Origin: Camelus dromedarius
Taxonomy: Eukaryota
DNA: 64,000 bases
NCBI RefSeq assembly: GCF_036321535.1
Contig: NC_087436.1
Location: 44,084,001-44,148,000, forward strand
Direction: 5' to 3'
The position numbers were made by a program, and so were the translations under genes. The notes beneath the pieces are model-generated. The model searched no databases. It was not told where the DNA came from and worked only from the letters and a program-made list of their open reading frames with translations. Positions 54,071 through 64,000 of this stretch are shown here, piece by piece (the stretch's first letter is position 1; every line of letters starts with the position of its first letter).

Positions 54071-55884
54071 TGAGTTCCATTTTAAAAATTATAATTCAGA
54101 TTAAGCATTTTTTGTTTGATGTTAATATTAGTTTCTGTGAATGGTCTATCCATATCCTGTTGCCAGTGGTTTTGTTTTGTCTATTTATTGCCATTCACAG
54201 TGTTTAAAACCTTATGATGTTAAATTTAGTCTACTTTATGGATTTTGTGTTTGGGGTCATGTTTGTAAAGGCCATTCCATTTTCAAGATTAGAAAATAAT
54301 TCCTCATTTTTTTCCTGATATTTTATGATTTATGTTCTGTGTTGTTTTGTTTTGTTTATATCTTTGATCTTAAACCTAAATTTATTTTGGGCTAAGGAGT
54401 GAAGCCACTTTTTGAGGAGTCTTACAAAGGTATTAAAGTCTCCTGTACCCTGACCCCCACCCTGGTCTTCTCTGGAGTATTTTCAAAGAGTGAAGAGCTT
54501 GTAAGTTGGAGAAGCCATAGCAAAGATGGGACCATGACAGAAGTGTTGGTCTCCTGAGGGTATGATATTCTGTATTTGCTATTTTTGTATAAGCAAGTGT
54601 CATAGTTGAAGCTCATTTACCTCTATTAGTACAGGCACACAAATCTTAGGAATTCTACATCTGTAGACAAACCCCCTTGCTGGGCAGCATCATTAAGGAA
54701 CACAGGAAGCTGGACAGCTTAGAAGAAACATTTACAACCTAGTTACGCATTGGGTCAGGCACAAAAAATTTTTCCTTTTAGCCTTTTCATTTTTTGTTCA
54801 AAGATAAAAGCTTTATTCAAATATGTTTTACTGAAAAGGAACCATATTTTAGAGATTGATCTGTAGACAGGTTTGTATGAAAATGCCACAGGGCTAACCA
54901 TGTGAAAGAAATCTTCCACTGAGCTTTCTGAGTTCAATATCACTACAGAATCAATTACATCTAATTCCATTAACTTGCTTTCTTAAAAATGTTCTCATAA
55001 GCATCCGTGGTAGAAGGATTAAACACAGACCTAGCTTATCCAAAGGGAAGGTAAGTGAGATGCTATGATAAATAACTAGCTTGTTGCTTATTGTTCAGAA
55101 TGTCCTCATTTCTTTTTCTGCAGTTTTCTTCTTTTGTGAGGCTTTACTATAGTATACTATCATCAAAGTTTTTATTGTGTGACCCTTCTGTACTTCATTT
55201 ATTACTCAGGGCATGAGAGAGTATAAACAGAATCTCAGGTGTCTAGGGTGTTATAAAATCATAAAATCAAAAGGTATCCTTAAGGACAGCCAGTCCAATA
55301 TCTTCTCTGATTTAGTAATCTCTCTACAACATCACTGAGTGTCTTCAAAGCTCTTCTCTCAGTAACAGTAAACTCACTGCCTTGTAAGGCAGTCTGCAGT
55401 ATATCTGGGTAGTTTTCATTATAAAAATTTTATTTCTTATTTTGGTATAAATGGACTTAAATTCAGAGGAGAATAATTATGGCCATGAAGGGACATGGAA
55501 TCATATCATATAAGGAATGTCTGCATGAGCCTGGGGAAGTTCCTTTTGTTGAAGAGTATACTCAGGGGACACAGACAGCTGTCTGAGAATATGTAAAGAA
55601 CCATCCTATGTAAGGTGGATTAAATTCAATCTGTATTATCCTAATGATGATTTTGGCCTACTAAATAAACAGAGTTGGGTAAGGCTGGAATGGCTGCTTT
55701 GGGAGGTAGTAAGATCTTTAGCACCACAGGGATAAATAGGTTAGCAGACCACTTGATGGGATTACTGGAGATGACACCCACACATCGGGACAGTTCCAAC
55801 AACAGATTATGTGAATCAATGAAATCTTATATCTGTCTCTGGCCTTAGGGAATTCTTTCTGACTACTGGTCCTAGCTTGGATGC

Positions 55885-56282
55885 TGTAATTGTTTTCTAG
55901 GGATGTCATAACAAAATACCACAAACTTGTTGGCTTAAGCAACAGAAATTTACTGTCTCACAGTTCTGGAGGCTAGAAGCCAGAAATCGAGGTGTTGGCA
56001 GAGTTGGTTCCCTCTGAGGGCTGTAAGGGAAGGATTTGCTCTAGGATTCTCTCCTTGGCTTGTAGATGGCTATCTTTATGTTCACATGGATGTCTTCCTA
56101 TATGTGTGTCTGTCTCCAATTAAAAAAAAATAATCAGTCATACTGGTTTAGGGCCACTCTAATAACCTCATTTTAACTTTATTACCTCGGTATAGACCTT
56201 TTCTCCAAATAAGGTCACATTCTGATGTACTGGGGCTGAGACTTCATATGAAATTTTGGGAGACAAAACTTAACCTGTAACA
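55885..56282 (-). mobile_element. MLT1B/C-like MaLR LTR
   Basis: ataacaaaataccacaaac..gtggcttaa..ctcacagttctggaggctagaag...ccaaataaggtcacattctga. Confidence 0.85.
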
Positions 56283-56384
56283 GTTGCATAAGGGAAAACT
56301 GGACCTAGGGGATAAACAGTCTGGTGGAGCTTGTGAATTCTAGAAATTGGCCAGGTTAGTCAATATTTTGCAAAATTTCTACTG

Positions 56385-56890
56385 TTGTACTTACTATTGC
56401 TGTGTAACATGTTACCCCCAAATTAGTAGCTTTAAATAGACATTTAATTATGCTCACAGATCCTGTGGGTCAGGAATTTGGACGAGGCATAGTTCAATTG
56501 CTTATCTTTGCTCATACTCTGGGGCCTGGGTTGAGAAGACTTGGTGGCTATAGGTGGCTCAAGGGCTGGGGGCTGAAGTCATTTGGAGGTGTCTTCTCTC
56601 ATTTGCCTGGTGGTTGATGTTATTTGTCAGTTGTGATGTCAACACTTCCACATGGCCTCTCTTTGTTGCCTGGACTTCCTCAAAGTATGGTAACCTCAGG
56701 GTAATCCCTTTTGTGTGGCATCGGGGGTCCCCAAATCAGTATCTCAGCAAACGAAGTGGGAGCTGTATCGCTTTTTCTGACCTAGCCTTGGGAGTCATGC
56801 AGTGTCGCTTCGGCCATACTCTGCTGGTTAAAAATGGGTCACATGCTCACCCAGATTCTGAGGAGGGGATAAGGGCACTATATATTTCTT
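56385..56890 (-). mobile_element. Older MLT1 MaLR LTR
   Basis: ctattgctgtgtaaca..accccaaa..ctgtgggtcaggaattt...ttctgacctagccttgggagtca. Confidence 0.7.
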
Positions 56891-59699
56891 GACATGAGAA
56901 TTTCTAATACTTAAAAAAAAGAGCATATATCTATTTAAAGGAAATTTAAATTATAGGACATATTGTGGAAGACTTCCCAAGAGAAAAACAAGCTTCTTGT
57001 CTTGCTTTTGGAAAGAAACAAAAAACAGACTGCATTCAGGAAAAAAGGGGCCTGTATGAGGCTTACTGTGACTTATTAACGCCACTTCATCTAGTGGTCA
57101 TGTGTGCCTTTGCACAACATAGAATATTTTGTGCTTTTAAAATTAATCCCATATTACTCAACATCCACTGGGCTTCCAGGAATTACCCACACCCCCCAAA
57201 AAACCCCAATAAGTTTTAACAGAAGAGTATAAAATAAAGAGCAGCAAGTATAACCCAGTTTTGCTTTCTTCTGTGTTTATGACCTGTCCAAACAATTACA
57301 CGAGCAAATTTATTTATTTCATAAAAAATGCTAACCCTAAGCAGGCCAGAGGTTTTAGATGGCCTTGATGTAGCCACCAGATGGCCTTCGCTTTCTGTGT
57401 AATTCCAGCTCTCTGCTGACTCCATAACTCTTGTTTTACATCTGCTTCAAAACATATTATAGATTGTGTAGGCATTTTATCAAACAAAGTTTGTAGTGTG
57501 TAAATTATTTTCTATTCTCTCCTTTCAAACTTGCCTTGAGATTTACTCTTTCCTATCCTGGATGAAATACTTGGCAGGCCTAATAGCTTTCTGGTTCCTT
57601 CAATCACAAGAAAGTCTCATTTTAGCAAATGAAAATTCCTGTCAAGTATAGCATCAAAACTTAGGATTCTTATCTACTTTAGGGTTCTCCTGTCTCCCAT
57701 CTTAGGCCTGACCAGGAATGGGGGAAGCGTGCTCTGCCTCTTCATGATTTTGTAATTCTTCTTCCTCTTCTACTCCCAGGTATGATCTCCCACTCCTCTG
57801 GAGAAGAATGATAAGAGGTAAGAAGAGTTTTATTTGAGTGATATAGTTGTATCTGGCAGCAAAGCGGGGCTGCATTGCCTTTTCTGACCGGGCCCCCAAA
57901 GTCCTGCAATGATATTTCTGCCATGTGCTGTTGGTTAAAAAAGAGTCACAAGGACACCCAGAATTAAGGGCAGGGGAGAGAGATAAGGATTATATCAAAG
58001 ATTACAGACAATTGTTGGCTTTTATTTCTTGGGATGATTTTTTTCCTGGCAGAACCTCCTGCTAGAGAACCTATGACTGCAGTTCTCTTTAACAAGCAAT
58101 ATTCCCGTATGTGGCTGCCTCTGAGTCCCCCTTTAGCCTAAGCTTCCAGCAATACGTGTCCCCGCTGTGGGCCTTTGGCTTCTCCACGCTGACCTCTCAC
58201 ACCCTAGGCTGCCTTTCTGACTGAGGAGCCACATCTGGGTCCTAGGAGACAAACCCTTTGCCCACTGTCATTGCAAGTGTAGGCATTGACTAATGCCGCT
58301 CTCCCTGCTGTTTACAGTCAGACTAATAATAGTCACAGCCTCTTTAGACTTCTTGCAGCAGAGGCAGAGTCCAGTTTCAGGTCTCCCAGGCTTCAGAGGC
58401 TGTAGGCCAAGTTTTTTGAGAGGTTCACAGAAGCTCCTCTCACCTGGATTAAGGTGAGGGAAAGTACTTTCTCCTTCTCTCCCCCATCTCATCCCCTTGA
58501 TAGTACCCAGAACAATTTCTAAAGGCATTCTCCTCTGTAGGCTTTCTCAGCTTCTGTATTTACTGAAATGGAGGTGGGAGATTGAGCAATGTTGGGAGAA
58601 TCAGTTTCACAGCCCTTTGGATGTATTGCTTTGGTGGTCTAGCTCCTCAATTTAGACATTGTCCTTGGACTTCAGGGCCACTGGTGAAACTCCAAGACAA
58701 AGAGTCCTATTTTATTATCTTGCTACCCTTTAGCTAAGATTGATAGAGCAGAAATGCCATTATTCCCATTGTGGTGTTTAATAAATCCTGAAAATGATTG
58801 GTCAGACTTGCCCAAGTTTAGAAGAAGGATTTGCAGGAGTATTTCAAAGCCAGTGAAGGTTACATGGCATTGTGAGAGAAGTCTGTGAGAAGAAACTTGT
58901 GAGAGGAGCAGTGGGAGAGGTTTCGTGAGACCAGTGTTCTTTGTAATCCAAATCCTTGCCTGTCTCCTCTAATCTACTCTTTAAAGTGTGGTGAAAGGAT
59001 AATTCTAAAATGAAAACCCATTTGTGTAATTTCCCTTTAATGTTTCCTGTATCTCCTTTAAAAGATAAAGGCCAAGATCTTTAGTTTGACATAGGAGATT
59101 CTTTAGGATCTAGCCCTTGCCAATCTTGGAAGCCCTACCTCTCACCAGCACACTGGAGGAAAAGGAACCCTGGGTGTGGGGCAGGATGAGTAAATGGTCA
59201 GAACTTGCCCTTCTCCTTCCCAAATCACTCAGGCCAAATTTGGCAGGTGCCAGGAGGGAAAGGAGCCAACACAGAATTGGACTGATACTGAAGTTTTAGA
59301 TTTTGGTTTAGGCAAGGCTAGACACTAATAACTGGATGTGGCCACCAACCTATGAAATCTGCTTACGATGTTAAAATATAGGAGAGGGATTTTATAGAGC
59401 ATGCTTAAAAGGAGAAAAACAAAAATTGTTTTGTGTTTGTACTCCATTAATTTTACATCATTTGATAAATAATTTTTAAAATGTAGGCATCATTTAGCAG
59501 GGACAGGCCTAAGGCGAGCGGTGTGTGGGAGTGTGGAGGGCGACAGGCTGGAGTACAGGCTTATTTGTACAATTTTTCTGGGAATTTGAAATCACACGAT
59601 TATCTAGCAATATGGCTTTTTGAGTAGACATTCCAGATTTTTTTAAAAAAAACTGAATTCAGAACAGTTATATGAGGTGAAGTCCATATGACAGAATTC

Positions 59700-60175
59700 T
59701 CCCCATTGCTCACTAAGCTCCACATATTGGCCTTTCTCAGTTTCTTAGTGTGGCCAGTTCTTTGTTGCCCCAGGGACTTTGTGTGTGTTCTGCTTAGAAG
59801 AACCTCTCGAACCTCCCCCAAATCTTCGCCTAGCTAACCTCTGTGAATCCTTTAGGTTTCAAACAACATACTCAGTTTTAGAGAGGTCTCCTCTGATCCA
59901 CTCAGCGTAATTGGGTGCCCCCTTGTTATGATCACATATGTTCTCTCTGTTTTTCTTTCTTTCTTTTCTGCTCACTATAATTTGTAATTATATATTTATT
60001 TTTGTGTTTATTTGTCTCATGTCTGATTCCACCGCTAAATGATAAGCCTTGTGAGGGTGTATAATTGGTGAGACTCTTAATTGTTTTATTCATCACTATA
60101 TAAGGAACACCTAGCAAAATGCTTGAAACAGAGGATATTCAATAAATTATATATATATTTGAATCAAGAATAAAT
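59700..60175 (+). mobile_element. LINE2 3' fragment
   Basis: cagggactttgt.tgtg, taagccttgtgaggg, ttttattcatcactata, cacctagca, tcaataaa. Confidence 0.6.
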
Positions 60176-61199
60176 CAAAGTGTTTGTTTGATTATGCTAA
60201 AATTTTCTCAATATTTCTGTGACCAGGCTACTAATAGTGAGAGAGAGAATGAATAATTTAGAAAATGGATATTTGGGCAACTTTAATTTAGGTGGTGTAC
60301 AGCATAAATTAAAGAATAGAGGCTCAGGCTTGAGGCAAGGGATTAAAAAAAAATTCTCCAAGTAGCCTCAGTGAACAGGAGCTGGATGCTAATTGTGGGA
60401 CAGACTTCATTTCTTCGCTCCTTCATTCTGCATCTCTGAGAGGCCTTACAGGACACGTATGAGATGAACGAACAAAGTGATTATGGGGACAGAGACCTTT
60501 GACCTTTCTGGTTTTTTTTTTTTGAAACAAATTGTGTCTGGTGGAAAACATGTAGAATTGAAATCAGGGGAGACAACTCTAGCCTTCATAATGATTTTGA
60601 ATCAAATAACTATTGGCTAAGAGTGCTTTATAAATAATAGTATAGTAACATGCTATGGAATAAGAAGTGGTCTGTGAAAGGAAAAAATGGCCAAATTTTG
60701 AAATCAAGGGGTTTAAATTTTTTCAATATAGGGCATTTCTTTATCATTGTTACTAAATTCTATAATGGAAGTAGAAGTATTTAGCATTCACACAATGATA
60801 CACATCCTTGCTGTATGATCACACCTAAAAAGTGCCACATGGGCTTATGCAAGGCAATTATTTTATACATTTTCGGAAAGTGGGGATTAGGTAGAAAAGA
60901 GAGTTAGAATGAAGGTAGGTATGTAAGATTGCAGGGAAGAAGATTTGTTTATTTCTACCCACAAGTTGAGTCAATTCCAGATGTCACATTACTAGCCAGG
61001 TTCCAGACGAAACGGCCGTTGACCTTTATTTCTTGTTTACTGCCACTGAACATCTACAATTCAAAAACAAAAGTTTGACTTTCAGGTTGCTTTTGGCAGA
61101 GGCACGGGGAGACACTCCTTTGCCCCAGCTCTTTCTGTGTAATATCCAGGGCCTCAGATGTGTCTTGAAGTGCCGTTTCCTGGAATAACAAATAACATG

Positions 61200-61440
61200 G
61201 CTAGTACCCAACTTTGAACTCTCATTCCGTACCAGGTGCTGTGAGCTAAGAACAGTTATGTGGATTATCTCATTTAACCCCACTAGATATTTCTGATGTA
61301 GGTATTATCATCATCTCTATTTCAGAGGTAATAAAACTAGAGGCTGAAGGCAGCTAAACCCCTTGCCTAGGTTGTACAACTAATGAGCAGCAGAGACAAG
61401 GTCTGAATCCAGGCAATTTGATTCTAAACCCTGTACTGCC
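61200..61440. mobile_element. MIR SINE (other MIR remnants at ~6140-6290, 9620-9790, 23630-23790, 31010-31200, 48360-48500)
   Basis: gattatctcatttaaccc...gtaggtattatcatcatctctatttcagagg..aaact.gagg core. Confidence 0.7.
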
Positions 61441-62946
61441 TTACTGAACGGCTGGTCATCAGGGAACTCACTCTCCATAATGGATGTAGTGCAAACTTAA
61501 TGGACAGAATGGTAAATAAAGGTTAAATGCTATATGGCCCACGTTAGACTTAAGTGAGTGAAAGCAGAGCTGCCAAAGGTCAGGAAAGTTTGGAGGTGCA
61601 TACATAATCTGTATTGCTTGCTCTCCATGTGCAAAGTACTCCCTAAGAATCCTGCAACCACTCCAACCTCCCCAAATCTGAATATCAGACTTGTGTACTG
61701 GAATTGGAAGGTTGCGCTAAAGTCATCAATCATGTGGCATTGTTCATCAGGTGTCTGAAAGAGCAGGAGCTGGTAGACAGCTTATTATTTCCTTCCTTCT
61801 CCACCTCTCATGGGGTAAAGCTTGCGGGGTGGAGAGGGTCGGTACATGCTCTGAGAAAAAAGGAGAATACGGTGGGCTGCTCTTTCACCACCATCTCCGT
61901 AAGACCTTGCACTGAACTCAAAATTCCCTGCGAATTACTCCTGAATGAAAGAGCATGCTTCTTTAAGATCTTTTTTTGTCTGAATCATTAATGCAGTAAG
62001 TTCTGGGAAGTCTTTGCCTACACTGGTACTTCTGTGCCAACAGTCTTTAAGTTGAATATAAATAATTGAGTATTTGGGAATTTGAACACATCCCAATTTT
62101 ACCTTAATTTATTATTATTACAGCAGGAAATCTAGAAATCCACTATTTCCATACTTTAGACTTTTCTCTTTTGGTAGCTCTAAATATTTGAAAGTGATCA
62201 TGGTGAGACCTAATTATATAAATAAGTATTTCCCCCATAGTCTCTAAATAGTGTGGACACTGAAAGAAAATTAGAGTTAAAAAAAAAAAAAAAGCAAATC
62301 ATGTCATTCCAATTTGAATGAAGGGCTTTTTGACTTGACAATACATAAAGTTTTTGATGAAGTATTATTTTAATAGGTAAAATAATAAGGACAAATTAAA
62401 ACTAAAACATTCTTCATCAAATACTTGTACCCAAAGTCTAGCAAAAAATCATGAGAGAGAGTTTCAATTAAAGCAATTACCAATAGCAAGGATGGTATTC
62501 AAAGGAATCACTCCCCTAGGAGAGGAGCCTTGATCCTGACTCCCATACACCCAACACTGCTTCACTCTGCTTTATTGTCTCTCAGAATGATGTCCGAGAA
62601 TGTCTCTCCTTGCTTCCCCAAGAATCTCTGTTACCAGCCCTTCCTACTCTCCCGGTCTCTGACTCTTGGATTTTGGATTCTATTTAAAGTTGCTATTATT
62701 GTACTATGTAGGCCCTTCTTAAAACTGTAGACTCTCAAATATCAGTCATCCGCTTCCCTTTTCAGAATTAGAGCCTGAGAAAAATTATAGCTGCTTCCTT
62801 CTGCTTTCATCTTGCTCCTCTTGACAAAATAGAAACCTAGAACTCTCAAACTGAAAATATTCTTTTGCATAAATTGGTTCTACTTTCTGTTGAAACTGCC
62901 GTTGATCAATGTCTTGTGTGTACACTTAGTTTTGCTTTTCTCAGCA

Positions 62947-63022
62947 GGGAATTCCCGAGTAGCAACTTTCAAGGATGAATCGACCCACTGCAATTGCATC
63001 TTAGCCATTAACCAATGACTCA
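62947..63022. promoter_or_regulatory. Candidate NF-kB and AP-1 composite element
   Basis: Perfect palindromic kB site GGGAATTCCC (62947-62956) and AP-1 site TGACTCA (63016-63022) in apparently non-repeat sequence. Confidence 0.4.
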
Positions 63023-63236
63023 GGTAAGAAATTTTGTTTTCCTTATGTTTCCCTGATAGGGAGTAATTCAAAACATACTTCTTGCAATACTTGAATATAA
63101 TTTTAAACTAACACACGAAGCTTCAAATAAATTTCACTTCTACTATGGGCAAGTTGGGCTATGTTCATACTCGCCCTCATCCTCTCCCTCTAGTTTTACT
63201 CTCTAAGTTTCATTTCTTAGGATCACTTAGCAGAGC

Positions 63237-63490
63237 CAGGGTGGACTTGTCAACTGGGCATAGTTGGCACAGTGTATGGGGCCCATGATATTGTTAGAGG
63301 CCCACAAAATGTTTTAACTTTAAATTCAGAGGGAAAAGTGAATATAACAATAATATTTAATGATTAATCTAGCCTGGAGTATATATGTCTTTATACCAGT
63401 CATAAAATATTTCATAATATAAGTATGTTTTCTGGAGGAAAGGGCCCCTGAAGGCAATAGTAACAAGTCAACAAAAGTCATAACATACAC
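63237..63490. mobile_element. hAT-type (Tip100-like) MITE remnant
   Basis: cagggtggactt...ggcacagtg.atggggcccatgata...aggcccacaaaatgttttaa resembles recalled hAT MITE termini; exact family uncertain. Confidence 0.45.
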
Positions 63491-63816
63491 CGAAAGCAGC
63501 TAGCTGCCTTGTCGCAAATAAATGTCTCTCAACTGACAACCATATTCGACACACTTGAGGTTTTTTATGGTTGGGGATTTGATGATCTGTTCCATTTCTG
63601 GCTAAGTTACACAATTCGTTGGTCGTAAGTTAAAACTAGCATAGAGTGTAAAATTCTGAGTAATGACAATAAATAAGACTTTAGAAATTGATCTAGTATT
63701 TTAATTTGGTTTTAGTCTTTCCTTAACAATTTTTTTCTTGTTCTTTTTTTAAAAAACAAGGTATTGAATTTACTGTCATTTCCACTACCTTTTTTTTTTA
63801 AAAAAAACCAAAACCA

Positions 63817-63835
63817 TGGCGCCATCTACTGGTAG
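63817..63835 (-). promoter_or_regulatory. Candidate CTCF binding site
   Basis: Minus strand CCAGTAGATGGCGCCA fits the CTCF core CCASYAGRKGGCRS and retains its CpG in a CpG-poor context. Confidence 0.6.
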
Positions 63836-64000
63836 TTTAAAGAACAGTTCTATATGCTTATATTAAGGGGAACTGTGAGTTGAATCCCATAGCCCATGTA
63901 ATTTACAAAATTAAGACAGGCAGCTCACACTACCCTCTTCTTCTCTTGATGATTCAATGTCTCTTTACTCTGTGCCTTAAAAATCTGGGTTCTATTGAAC

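Overview
Mammalian genomic DNA, most likely camelid: it contains a tRNA-Ala-derived vic-1-type SINE with a perfect TSD, plus young cetartiodactyl-type L1 3' ends. The only supported host gene is FAM241A (C4orf32) on the minus strand. Its CpG-island promoter and coding exon 1 (56 codons, 16954-16787, donor CAG|GTGAGC) are present; everything to the left is intron 1, and exon 2 was not seen in the window. The ~47 kb to the right is repeat-rich upstream DNA with old L1, L2, MIR, CR1/L3, MaLR/ERVL LTRs and DNA transposons. It also holds a 1.4-kb young L1 with a 15-bp TSD and a decayed class I endogenous retrovirus (5' LTR, tRNA-Ile PBS, tandem-repeat leader, gag-pro-pol) truncated before integrase. 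I cannot confidently support a new biological system. The best leads are the provirus architecture, two L1 3'UTR-only insertions sharing a 5' breakpoint, an NF-kB/AP-1/CTCF-marked distal element that also looks like an exon, a possible divergent spliced lncRNA, a templated-insertion repair scar and an order-permuted L2. Gene and repeat family names come from recalled sequences, not database searches, and most repeat boundaries are approximate.
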